Source: Octopus vulgaris (lineage: Eukaryota). From it: a stretch of DNA of 64,000 nucleotides. Shown here one piece after another: positions 51,637 through 64,000 of the stretch; position 1 is the first letter of the stretch, and each line of letters begins with the position of its first letter. The DNA lies in assembly GCA_951406725.2 (NCBI GenBank), contig OX597815.1, forward strand, positions 108,128,001 through 108,192,000. The letters are read 5' to 3'. The notes below the pieces were generated by a model. It was not told the DNA's origin, ran no database searches, and saw only the letters and a list, made by a program, of their open reading frames with translations. A program made the translations under genes and the position numbers.

Positions 51637-53940
51637 TCAGGCCATAACCCGTGGCCCCTACCTGGGACGTAGTCAGTCCTCCTGTGCATACCTTCCTTCT
51701 TGTGACACTTATGAAGACCTGTTGAGGCAAGTGAAAATCAAATCAAATCAAAACAAATCAAAATAGATGAACATCAGTGGAATTGTATTCTTTGTGGTAC
51801 CAGTGCCGGTGGCACACAAGAAAACCACCCAAACGTGGCTGTAGCCAGTACCGCATCGACTGGCCTCCGTGCTGTGGGCACAACAAACACCATCCGATCG
51901 TGGCCGTTCGCCAGCCTCATCTGGCACCTGTGTCGGTGGCACATAAAGACACCATCCGAAGACCCGGCGACGTAGTCAGTCCACCTGTGCATACCTTCCC
52001 TCTTATGACACTTGTGAAGACCTGTTGAGGCAAGTGTGTGACACTTGTGAAGACCTGTTGAGGCAGAGGCAAGTGTGTGACACTTGTGGAGACCTGTTGA
52101 GGCAAGTGTGTGACCCTTGTGAAGACCTGTTGAGGCAAGTGAAAATCAAAAATCAAATCAAACCAAATCAAAATAGATGAACATCAATGGAATTTGTATC
52201 TTTGTGGTTCCAGTACCGGTGGCACAGAAGAAAACCATCCGAACGTGGCCGTAGCCAGTACCGCATCGACTGGCCTCCGTGCTGTGGGCACAACAAACAC
52301 CATCTGATCGTGGCCGTTCGCCAGCCTCATCTGGCACCTGTGTCGGTGGCACATAAAAACACCATCCGAAGACCCGGCGACGTAGTCAGTCCACCTGTGC
52401 ATACCTTCCCTCTTATGACACTTGTGAAGACCTGTTGAGGCAAGTGTGTGACACTTGTGAAGACCTGTTGAGGCAGAGGCAAGTGTGTGACACTTTGTGA
52501 AGACCTGTTGAGGCAGAGGCAAGTGTGTGACACTTGTGGAGACGTGTTGAGGCAAGTGTGTGACACGTGTGACACTTGTGAAGACCTGTTGAGGCAAGTG
52601 AAAATCAAACCAAACTTGTGAAGACCTGTTGAGGCAAGTGAAAATCAAACCAAATCAAAATAGATGAACATCAATGGAATTTGTATCTTTGTGGTTCCAG
52701 TACCGGTGGCACACAAGAAAACCATCCGATCGTGGCCGTTCGCCAGCCTCATCTGGCACCTGTGTCGGTGGCACATAAAAACACCATCCGAAGACCCGGC
52801 GACGTAGTCAGTCCACCTGTGCATACCTTCCTACTTATGACACTTGTGAAGACCTGTTGAGGCAAGTGAAAATCAAAATCAAAATCAAAATCAAATCAAA
52901 TCAAATCAAACCAAATCAAAATAGATGAACATCAATGGAATTTGTATCTTTGTGGTACCAGTACCGGTGGCACACAAGAAAACCATCCGAACGTGGCCGT
53001 AGCCAGTACCGCATCGACTGGCCTCTGTGATGTGGGCACATAACAAACACCATCCGATCGAAGCCGTCCGCCAGCCTCATCTGGCACCTGTGTCGGTGGC
53101 ACATAAAAACACCAACCGAAGACCCGGCAAGACTAGTCAGGCCATAACCCATGGCCCCTACTTGGGACGTAGTCAGTCCACCTGTGCATACCTTCCTTCC
53201 TTCTTGTGACACTTGTGAAGACCTGTGAAGACCTGTTGAGGCAAGTGCTGTTGAGGCAAGTGAAAATCAAATCAAATCAAATCAAAATAGATGAACATCA
53301 ATGGAATTTGTATCTTGTGGTACCAGTGCCGGTGGCACACAAGAAAACCATCCGAACGTGGCCGTAGCCAGTACCGCATCGACTGGCCTCCGTGCTGTGG
53401 GCACGCAACAAACACCATCCGATCGTGGCCGTTCGCCAGCCTCATCTGGCACCTGTGTCGGTGGCACATAAAAACACCATCCGAAGACCCGGCAAGACTA
53501 GTCAGGCCATAACCCGTGGCCCCTACCTGGGACGTAGTCAGTCCACCTGTGCATACCTTCCTTCTTGTGACACTTGTGAAGACCTGTTGAGGCAAGTGAA
53601 AATCAAATCAAATCAAAACAAATCAAAATAGATGAACATCAATGGAATTTGTATCTTTGTGGTACCAGTGCCGGTGGCACACAAGAAAATCATCCGAACG
53701 TGGCCGTAGCCAGTACCGCATAGACTGGCCTTCGTGCTTTGGGGACGTAACAAACACCATCCGATCGTGGCCGTCCGCCAGCCTCATCTGGCACCTGTGT
53801 CGGTGGCACATAAAAACACCATCCGAGCGTGGCCGTCTGCCAGCCTCGTCTGGCACCTGTGTTGGTGGCACATAAAAACACCATCCGAGCGTGGCCGTTC
53901 GCCAGCCTCGTCTGGCACCTGTGTCGGTGGCACATAAAAT
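51617..53940 (+). repeat. Six-unit tandem array (about 260-490 bp units) in the LINE 3' UTR with nested 28-34 bp and about 62 bp subrepeats
   Basis: AAATAGATGAACATCA.TGGAATT recurs at about 51761, 52170, 52658, 52918, 53285 and 53625. Confidence 0.95.
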
Positions 53941-54226
53941 CACCCACTACACTCTCGGAGTGGTTGGCGTTAGGAAGGGCATCCAGCTGTAGAAACACTG
54001 CCAGATCTGACTGGCCTGGTGCAGCCTTCGGGCTCCCCAGACCCCAGTTGAACCGTCCAACCCATGCTAGCATGGAAAACGGACGCTAAATGATGATGAT
54101 GATGATGATGATATAAGAAATAATAAAGATTCACTTGAATTAGGTACTTAAGTTGAAGCACCAAGTAGGTCCCGTATCATCCACACAGCTCGAAGTAAAG
54201 AGAATAAAATCAAAATAAGCAACAGG

Positions 54227-54280
54227 ATATCAAGTAGGGATGCAGTACGACCGTGGTCGTACTGCATCCCTACTTGATAT
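54227..54280. repeat. Perfect hairpin with 26-bp arms and a 2-nt loop
   Basis: ATATCAAGTAGGGATGCAGTACGACC-GT-GGTCGTACTGCATCCCTACTTGATAT. Confidence 0.97.
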
Positions 54281-55313
54281 TTTCTTTGAAAAGAGAAATG
54301 ATAGACGAAAGAGATAGAAGATGTCCAGTCCTAAGATTGTTGTGCAGGAAAAGATGGTCATGTGGGGAAAACAAAGATGGACGATGGTCATGTGTGAGCA
54401 ATAAGAGAGAAAAAGAGATAGAGGGAGAGAGAGAAAGAGAGAGAGAGAGAGAAAACGGTGAAGGAGAGAAAAAGGGAATTAGAGAAGGAAGGGGAGAAAA
54501 CAGTATAGAGTAGAGGCATCAAAAAGGTTAAGATAATCTTACCTGGAAATGGATGCATGACATTCAATTAAAAATTATATAAATAATATATATATATATA
54601 TATATACATACATATATATATATATATATGTATACATATATGGGTATAGGACACACCAACTGTGTAAACAACATGAAGTAAGAAAACAAACAACTTAAAT
54701 ACACAAACAACGAGAGAAAAAATGGAAAACAGGACAAGTAACACAAAGAACTACCCTTCATCAGTTGTTGGCTGTCTATCTACTCCTCATTTCGAGCATT
54801 TAATGACAATTTGCTCCTGTTTTCCATTTTTTCCTCTTGTTGTTAGTGTATTTAACTCATTTATTTTTATACTTCATGTTGTTTACACAGTTGGTGAGGT
54901 CCTATACCCATATATGCATATATGTATGTGTGTATGTATATACATACATACATACATACATACATACATACATACATACATACATACATACATTCACATA
55001 TATATATATTATTCATATTATTATTTAATTGAATGCCACGCATCCATTTCTAAGTAGGTTTATCTTAACCTTTTTGATGCAACTCTATACAGTTTTCTTC
55101 CCCATCCTTCTCTAATTCCCTTTTCTCCCCTTCATTGTTTTCTATCTCTCTCTCTCTCCCCTTCTTTTGCTTTTCTCTCTCTCATTGCTCACACAAGACC
55201 ATCGCCCATCTTTCTTTTCCCCACATGACCATCTTTCTTTTTCTGTGTGACATTCTAGGGACTGGATATCTTCTATCTCTCTCTTATATCATTTCTCTTT
55301 TCAAAGAAAATAT
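54277..55313. repeat. Diverged inverted repeat of about 460-500 bp (54277-54740 and 54810-55313), pseudo-LTR-like family
   Basis: For example GCATCAAAAAGGTTAAGATAA versus TTATCTTAACCTTTTTGATGC, and CCAACTGTGTAAACAACATGAAGTA versus TACTTCATGTTGTTTACACAGTTGG. Confidence 0.85.
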
Positions 55314-57163
55314 TTCTCCCAGTGTTCACTATTTTCCTCGCTTTCTTGTCTCCATGTTTATTTTTGTTCAGTTTCCTTGTATGTCTCCACTGTCCTGTTT
55401 TTGTCCCCATCTTTAACCCTCCATAAATCCAAAATTTTATTTTAGAATTTATGGGACCAACTGTCTTTGAAGACTTATATTGTCATTTAATGCTTGAAAT
55501 GAGGAGTAGTTAGACAGCTGACAACTAATGAAGGGTCGTTCTTTGTGTTACTTGTCCCCTTTTCCATTATTTTCTCTCATTGTTTGTGTATTTAATTCGT
55601 TTGTTTTCATACTTCATGTTGTTTACACAGTGACGTCCTGTAACCATATATGCACATATATATATAAATACATATACATATATTATTTATATCATTATAC
55701 ACGAGCACACATATGTATACATATACTCACACATATGATTGGCTTTTTCCAGTTTCTGTCTTTCATTCACAATGTGTTGGAGTCAACCCATGGCTATAGC
55801 AGAGGATGCCAGCCAACAATGCCCATGCAGTGAGAGCATACTCCAAACCATGTGAATCTGAAACAAACTTGTTGATTACACTGTTGAATGAATATATCAA
55901 CATGGGGTGAAAGATGTGCATTAAAAAACAATCCTATGGCAGGTATTTATGTCTGACTGAGCTATCTCTCCTTGAGACAATGCTCACTTTGCATTTTGTA
56001 TCTTTTGATACTGATGAAATAAACTGGGTAATATAATAGTGGTGGTGCTGGTGGTGGGGTGTCAACATAATTGGTTAAAATCCCTTGAAGATAAGGCTGC
56101 AGCATGACAATAATTCAATGACCAGAGCCAGTAAAAGAAGAATAAAAGACATGCCTATATTTTATAGAAATGTTATATGAATACATTAGAGAATCTCTCA
56201 TAACCAAATAAGATATGCAACTAGTGTTGGACTTCTTTGTCTAAGTATATGAGCCAGCTTTCTCTAGCCTCTGACTCTCTCTCTCTTTCCCATTTTTTTC
56301 TCTCTTTTACACACACACCTGTGTGCATGCAAGCATGCACACACATGTACACACACAGTGTCTGTAATCTGTACCAGAGTCTGGATCGATTGGTTAAACA
56401 GAAATAATTTGAACCCTCTAGTCTGAGAGTGAATACTAAAGTGGTTTCTCCAAACTTGCATGAGGAGTTGACTTCAACACTTTAAACTAAAGCACTTCTT
56501 GTCAATCTTCCACTGGCACCAATGCTTCCAGCAGCATTTCCTTCCTACTCTGCAGTAACTACTTTCAACTCAGTGGACCAAAAATTTTTGAGAATATTTT
56601 TTTGTGCTTTATGTGTGTGTGTTTTATGTATGTGTGTGTGTTTTGTAATGAAGAAAGACCAGGGTCCTTTACAGGTTTTTTTGAGATTAGTACAATCCTT
56701 ACAATTCATATTAATCTTAAACATTTTTTAATGCCTGCAAGAAAAAAATAACTGATGTAAAAAGACTTACAAGGAATGAGAATTCAAATATGGTTGGTGA
56801 AAATTGTGAAGAGTGACATATAGAAGGTACTACAAGAAGAAGAGAGGTGAATGCAATGGATGAATGCGAAAGCAGTTGATAAGCAACTAGAGAGTTCAGA
56901 GGTGTTGTGGCCATTGCAGTAATGAGATAATAGTCAGCAGGTTTGCGGGTCACTGGTTGTATCATGACCAACGTTGCAATACAGTTATCTTGGCATCAAA
57001 GTGTCAACCATCTATTCTTTGGTTGATTGTGAGAATGGCTTAGCTGTACTCTGATGTCACATGTGTATACATGTAAATATATTAACACACATCTATTACA
57101 TCAATGACTTATATTACGCACATTGAGGTAATTAGAGATCATTTATGCAGTTACTTAACCTGC

Positions 57164-57580
57164 TCTTTTTACTTGTTTCAGTCATTTGATTGTGGCCATG
57201 CTGGAGCACTGCCTTTAGTCAAGAAAATCAACCCCAGGACTTATTCTTTGTAAGCCTAGTACTTATTGTACTTATTCTATCGGTCTCTTTTGCCAAACCA
57301 CTAAGTTACGGGGACATAAACACACCAGTATCAGTTGTCAAGCGATGTTGGGGGGACAAACACAGACACACAAATATATACACACACATACATATATATA
57401 TATATATACATATATACGACCAGCTTCTTTCAGTTTCCGTCTACCAAATCCACTCACAAGGCTTTGGTTGGGCCAAGGCTCTAGTAGAAGAAACTTTCCC
57501 AAGATGCCACATAGTGGGATTGAACTCAGAACCATATGGCTGGTAAGCAAGCTACTTACCACACAGCCACTCTTGCACCT
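57164..57580 (-). mobile_element. SINE family 1, full length
   Basis: Colinear with 39-439. Confidence 0.9.
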
Positions 57581-58626
57581 ATGATAACCTAATTTGCATA
57601 AATTTGAATTGTTATATAGGGGGCTCTGAAAGGGGTCTCAGGGGATAGTGTTCTTGCCTTTCTGAGCTAGTTTTCCACCACATTTCTTAAAAATCATGGT
57701 AGAGGCCTTGGTCTCAGGACCACTCATGTCTAGAAACTGAGGTTGGGGGCAAGCAAGGGCATGCTCCCCATAGAAAATCCAGCTCCAAAAAAAGCCTCAT
57801 GACAGTAAAGGGGGAATGGGCACCAGCCAGCCAGCCAGCCCAAAAGTTGGGGTGGGCTGTACCTGCCTACCTCGGTTGCTATGGCAATGAGGTAGATCTG
57901 GCGACCCCTGTTAATGGGGACAAAACCTGGATTTAAAACACTGGATGCCGCTTCTGCTGCTGCTGCTGATGATGATGATGATAATGTAAAATATGTTGCA
58001 TTTTTTTGATAAGCAAATTTTGCTTCTGATTAACTGTATTGATCCCATTTTTTCTACAATGGTGAGATAAAAATGATGCTGTTACTATTTTGTTACTGTC
58101 CAAAGAGAGAATACAACTGTACGTTTATCGCAGTACACAGGGAGAAAGAGAGGGAGAGAGTAAAAAAGAGTACACCTTACATCATGTTTCATGCAGTGCC
58201 CCTTTACCCTGGTACTTCCATCCGATAAAACTGTTTTTCTTTAGAAAGCAGAAACAGTTATTTACTATGTAATGTAAAGCATAGGGTAAAAGTTCAAATC
58301 CTGTGGAAGCTTAGTATTTTGTATTGCGTTTATAAAAAGAGATATTTTTCTTCCATTATCTACATTAATCTTTGGCATAAAATATAGAGTGAAGCTTTAA
58401 ATTTACTTATAGTTAAGTATTCTTTACTGTTGTTTCTTCACTGTTTCTTTCTTCCATTATCTATAAATGCACATTTTGATATCTTTATATATCATAAAAA
58501 CAACTTGTGGACATTATATTATTAGAGCATTCAAGTCGAAGCTATATATATATATATATATATATATAAATCATGTGTTTACAGACGTAAAAGAATGAAA
58601 TAAAATAGAAAAGTGAACAACATTTT

Positions 58627-58810
58627 CATCACCACCACTGCCACAACCACCACCACCACTGCCACCACCACCACCACCACCACTGCCACCACCACCACCA
58701 CTGCCACCACCACCACCACTGCCACCACCACCACCACCACCACTACCACCACCATCACCACTGCCACCACCACCACCACTGCCACCACCACCACCACTAC
58801 CGCCACCACG
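58627..58810. repeat. (CCA)n tract with periodic CTG interruptions
   Basis: Read directly; source of the poly-G/V/T ORFs. Confidence 0.95.
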
Positions 58811-59629
58811 TCTGTCATTGCTCCTCTGTTTCATTTTTCTTGTAAAGCTATGGTATATATATAGCTTTGTATAATTGGACTTTGATTTGAATTCACTATT
58901 AACACACACACACACATGTACACGTATATATAAAATTGTCCATGAACTTTGCTGACATGATACAAAAGTATTGAAATATGTATCTACAGACAATGGCAAA
59001 AGAAGTAACAATATAGAATACTTAATTTCAATTAGATTACAAATTTAGCAATTAGATTCCAAAGATAAGCAACATGCTGGGAGAAAAAATTCCTTTTCAT
59101 AAGTAATGAACAAGTTACTGAGATTTGACTTGATTTGATGTTCCCCTAAGCATTAAATTCAACAATAAATAATTATTTTTATCACAAAAACAAAATTCTT
59201 CTGGATAAAACAGTGGGGTTATAAAATGGTTTATTGTGAAAAATACAGGAGGAAAAATACTGTGATAGGAAGAAGTTGATCCTTATTCTGAAATAATAAT
59301 CAATAGTACAAAGATATTTTACATCCATTTTTGTGATAAACGGCTTTTGATTATTGGTCAGGGTTGGGACCCTGGCTATGCAGTAGAATAATTCTTTTGC
59401 ATAACAGATGTTGGTGTCATTCTTACCAAGAAAAACTTCATTAGTTTGAATAAACCTCTCCATTGAAAAACATTTAAATATATTGCATAAATGTATTACC
59501 TGCTTCACAGATATAATATACATAATGTATGTTATATGCTACACACACGCATGCACACACATCATCATCATCATCATCATCTTCATCACCACCATTTAAC
59601 GTCATATATATATATATATATATATACAT

Positions 59630-60530
59630 AATCATCATCATCGTTTAACGTCCGTTTTCCATGCTAGCGTGGGTTGGACGGTTCAACCGGAGTCTGGGAA
59701 GCCAGGAGGCTGCACCAGGCTCCAGTCTGATCTGGCAGTGTTTCTACAGCTGAATGCCCTTCCTAACACCAACCACTCCATGAGTGTAGTGGGTGCTTTT
59801 TATGTGCCACCGGCACAGGGGTCAGAGGAGGCTGGCAAACGGCCACAATCGGTTGGTCCTTTTATGTGTCACGACACGGATGCCAGTCAGGTGGCGCTGG
59901 CATCTGCCACGTTCGGACGGTGCTTTTAACATGTCACCAGCATGGGTATCTTAACTACAATTTCCATTTGATTTTCATTTTGACGTTGGTGTTAATGTAC
60001 TTGACTCAATAGGTCTCCTCAAGAACAGCAGGTCACTCTACGATCCAAGTTAGCACAGCAGGCCATCCTGCGAGCCATGAACTCACTTCATCTGTTGGGT
60101 CTTCACAGTCACAGCATATCTCAGAGGTCTCGGTCTTCGTCATATCCTCTGTAAAGCCCTACGTGCCACCGGCACGGGTATCACAACTACAATATCCATA
60201 CGATTTTTATTTTGATGTTGATGAACTTGACACAATAGGTCTCCTCAAGCACAGAAGGCCGTCCTGCAAGCCATGAACTCACTTCATTTATCGGGTCTTC
60301 GAAGTCACAGCATATCTCCAGAGGTCTCAGTCTTTCGTCATAGCCTCTGTGAGGCTCAACGTACGATGGTCATGCTTGATCACCTCATCCTATGTCTTCC
60401 TGGGTCTACCTCTACCCCAGATTCCTTCAACAGTTTGGGAGTGGCACTTCTTCACACATCTCTCCTCATCCATCCATAGAACATGACCATACCAACGCAA
60501 ACATCTCTCCTGCACGCTGCATCCGATGCT
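59630..60530 (-). mobile_element. Diverged RTE LINE 3' portion with a duplicated ORF-end/UTR unit
   Basis: Minus strand GRGRPRKT.DEVIKHD.RTL.LTE.M..D.DLWRYAV; the unit is repeated at about 59930-60160 and 60160-60350; same TGA tail. Confidence 0.85.
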
Positions 60531-60635
60531 TCTTATATATATATATATTTATATATATACATTTATATATATATATAAATTAGTAATGCAATACTAGAGT
60601 ATTGCTTTCCAGTAAAGAATAGCCCGTGAGGGAAA

Positions 60636-60998
60636 ATATACAAAGAAGTAAATATATGGCACAACGAAGTACCGATATTTACTGGAAATAGCGAACGTAA
60701 TAATACAACGCTAATGTATAGCTTCACCGCGTATGTACTAGCAAAAATGCGTGTGTGCAACAAACTAGAAAAAATTGTCTTACCTCCAGGGAGAACATCT
60801 GAAAGATGAAAAACCTTTTCCAGGTATTTCATCTTTCAGATGTTCTCCCTGGAGGTAAGATAATTTTTTTGTAGTTTGTTGCACACACGCATTTTTGCTA
60901 GTACATACGCGGTGAAGCTATACATTAGCGTTGTATTATTACGTTCGCTATTTCCAGTAAATATCAGTACTTCGTTGTGCCATATATTTACTTCTTTG

Positions 60999-61003
<5 letters not shown>
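60636..61003. repeat. Fold-back with about 181-bp arms, a 5-nt loop and about 4 mismatches
   Basis: ATATACAAAGAAGTAAATATATGGCAC...GATGAAAAACCT-TTTCC-AGGTATTTCATC...GTGCCATATATTTACTTCTTTGTATAT. Confidence 0.95.
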
Positions 61004-61055
<52 letters not shown>

Positions 61056-61539
61056 CATCATCATCATCGTCAGCATCATTGTTTAATGTCTATTTTCCAC
61101 ACTGGCATGGGTTGAACAGTTTGACTGCAATCTGGAAAGCCAGCAGCTACTCTCAGGCTCCAATTTGATCTGACAATGTTTCTACAGCTGGATGCCCTTC
61201 CTAATGCCAACCACTCCAATGTTTTAATATTTCGTTTAGGCATTGTGAGACTAATAACCTGGTGTATAACTCAGTATACAGTAATGCCTTGATATATACG
61301 AGTTAATCTATTCCCAGAGACTGCTTGTAAAGTCAAAACTCATAAAGCAGAGCAATAATTTCTCATAGTAGTAATGTTATAAATCACAATTTGTTCCCAG
61401 AAAATTATTTTACCAATCAAATTTATAATACTCATGAATAAATGGCAATAAAACAACAATAGAATGTAAAGAATATTTTATGTAAAGTAAAAAGAATGTC
61501 AAGATCATTTATAATAAAAAAAGATTATTATTATAACCA

Positions 61540-62594
61540 TTTTTAACACCTCACCGAAAGGAGTAGAAAATCAGAAGATGTTCAGAATGAGCAATCTTGT
61601 TTTTCAACATCTAAACCTGTCTTTTTCCAGCGCAGATCGTAATTACGTTATTAGTTCCTTTCATTATTCTGTCTATTTCATTATCTATGTAAATACAGTT
61701 GTGTCTTCCACACTGTATGTTTAAAAAAAATTAAGATCCCTTCGCTCGATCCAACTCTCTCTCTTTCTCCCTCTCTTTCACGTTCATTTATTATCGTCCC
61801 TTATTTATTCATTTATCTAATTTTGTCATAGATTGGCTGATTGAAAGCTCTTGGTTATAGCTCTAGTTAAGAATTTCAAATACCTAATTCTATCTCATTA
61901 TCATCATAATATTCCTTTACACCAGCAGCCTGAGTTTTTACTGTTTTGTGGTTATGTTAAAACTATTCGTTAAATCATGTTACCCTAAATCCCAAAATTC
62001 CATCCCCTTGTGTTCTGTCTTTGACCAGCCTAACTCTGGCCTTTCTCATTCTCTCTCTTTCTTTCTCTCTCTCTCTCTCTCTCTGTTTTGATAACCACTT
62101 GTTTCTCCTAACACTTACCTCTGTTCTCCCCCACTCCAACCCATCCTATATAAACTAGCTCATTCAGATTCCCCTATCTCATTTTAAAACCTCCCCAAAA
62201 GGAGTAGAAAATCAGATGTTCAGATAAGCAATCTTGTTTTTCAACTTAGTTTATCTAAACCTCTCCTTTTTCAGCGCAGATCAAAATTACCTTATTAGTT
62301 CATTTCATTATTCTATTTATTTCATTATCTATGTAAACACAGTTTTGTCTTCCATGCTGTATGTTTAAAAGAAAAAAAACTTAAGATCCCTTCGCTCAAT
62401 CCAACTCTCCCTCTTTCTCCCACCCTTTCATGCTCATTTATTATCGTCCCTTATTCATTCATTTATCCAATTTTGTCACAGATTGGCTTACCGAAAGTTC
62501 TTGGTTAGAGCTCTAGTTAAGAATTTCAAATACCCGATTCTATCTCATTATTATCATAATATTCTTTTACACCGGCAGCCCGAGTTTTTGCTGT
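61540..62594. repeat. Pair of about 400-bp diverged direct repeats (61540-61944 and 62181-62594)
   Basis: AAGGAGTAGAAAATCAGA...CAGCGCAGATC...AGCTCTAGTTAAGAATTTCAAATACC...GCAGCC.GAGTTTTT.CTGT occurs twice. Confidence 0.9.
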
Positions 62595-62849
62595 AGCACA
62601 GTGCGCCCGCCCTCCCAACCCCCACCACCTGTACCTCTATTGGATGTCTCTCTTATGAACACCTCTAAAGGCTTAATGCTTCCCTATCCCTACTTAGGGT
62701 TTATCTCCTATGTAGTGTAGTGATTATGCAGCACATAAAAGTGATGGTGTAGTGTATGCAGGTTGAAGGCTATTGTACGTTCATGAGTTCTGCCAAATAC
62801 GAGCTTTCTTTTCAGGTATATGATGCTGCTGTCCCCCATCCCAGGGTCT

Positions 62850-64000
62850 CATGGGTTCACACCTCCCACACCCTCAGGGTTGGCACACTTAATGTAGGCA
62901 CACTGAAAGGTAGGTCTTGTGAGATTGTTGAGATACTTGAACAAAGACATGTAGATTTGTACTGCATCCAAGAAGTAAGGTGTAGATATGTTTCTGCTAG
63001 GTTCCTCACAGGCAAAGAACATAGGTATAAGATTTTCTGGGCAGGGAACACTGACGAGGTCAGGGGTGTGAGTATACTTCTTGCAGGGAAATGGGTTAAG
63101 GTAATGGAGGTAGTCAGAGTCTGTGATAGAATACTTAAGATTAGATTAGTGTTGCAACAGGGGTTAGCAACCATTATCTTGGCCTATGCCACTCAGCTGG
63201 GACTACCTGATGGACAGAGCGACTGATTTTATGACACCCTCTTGTTGACAACCTTGTTGATGAATGACAGGGACCTTCTCTTTGTGGCTGGCGACTTCAA
63301 TGGGCATGTTGGACAACATGCAGGGGCTTCCATAGTATACATGGTGGCTATGGTTTTGGTTCCAGCAATGAGGAGAAAACCAGGCTGCTGGAGTCCTGCA
63401 ATGCAAATGATCTTGAGGTTTGTAATACTAACTTCAGGAAACCTGCCAGTAACCTATTCACTTACTGATCTGGTAGACACACTAGTCAAATTGACTACAT
63501 CCTCGCCAGGAAACTGGAAAGATGGCTACTTATAAATAGCAAGACCTTCCCAGGTGAAGGATGCACCCCACAACATAGATTAGTAGTTAGCAACTTCAGG
63601 ATCAGGGCTAAATGGATGCCCAGAAGATGACCAGCATGGAGAAGAAGGGTCTGGAAGCTTAAGGATTCTGTGAATAGACCAAGATTTGGAAATGTATTAC
63701 TCAAATTTTTTGATGAAAGAGAAGGGGGATATAGCATCACATGATGTGGAAGACAACTAGAGGTTTCTACAGGACAACCAGTTGAGGGCTACTGACCAGA
63801 TCTGTGGATGGCACAAAATACTCTCTTGACTCAAGGTAATGTGGTGGTGAAACAATGTAGTTGACAGGGCCATTGGAGAAAAGAAACAGGATTGAAAGGA
63901 CCGGAAGAACGGTGGTAGCAGGGAATTGTATCAGACTGCCAGAAGGGAAGCTAGGAGACAGGTTTATTTAAGCAGAGGGGAAGCTGATAAGACAAAATTT
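62850..64000 (+). mobile_element. Decayed RTE LINE 5' part (APE endonuclease), runs off the window
   Basis: LRVGTLNVGTLKG, CIQEVR, VAGDFNGHVG, IDYIL, PQHRLVV with stops and frameshifts. Confidence 0.9.

Larger units (their letters stand above)
50551..54111 (+). mobile_element. Young 5'-truncated RTE-clade LINE with an expanded 3' UTR and (TGA)n tail
   Basis: Begins abruptly after (TA)n; uninterrupted RT frame; CpG-rich UTR; ends GGACGCTAAATGATGATGAT. Confidence 0.93.

Noticed and set aside
51990-52645. 28-34 bp repeats (GTGACACTTGTGAAGACCTGTTGAGGCAAGT) resembling a CRISPR array
   Set aside because: Repeats are head-to-tail without unique spacers, lie in a LINE UTR, and there are no cas genes in this eukaryotic context.

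Overview
AT-rich, microsatellite-dense animal DNA that is almost entirely transposon-derived; the SINE and LINE families look like those of Octopus (coleoid cephalopod; inferred, not verified). It holds three tRNA-derived SINE families, a full-length but broken Tc1-type element with DD36E spacing, two mariner derivatives, an intron-containing pogo/Tigger, hAT and Tc1 MITEs, RTE and R4/Dong-type LINE fragments, and at least five Penelope-like (GIY-YIG) remnants, several with minimal hammerhead ribozyme motifs. A young 5'-truncated RTE LINE has a PHD-like zinc finger inside its RT and a 6-unit tandem 3' UTR that restarts at the ORF end. Near-perfect fold-backs occur at 9956-10215, 45590-46414, 54227-54280 and 60636-61003. 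Host-gene evidence is limited to a probable minus-strand terminal exon (11501-11767) and one weaker exon. Most ORFs in the track are microsatellite translations. I found no prokaryotic-type system and no system I can show is undescribed.
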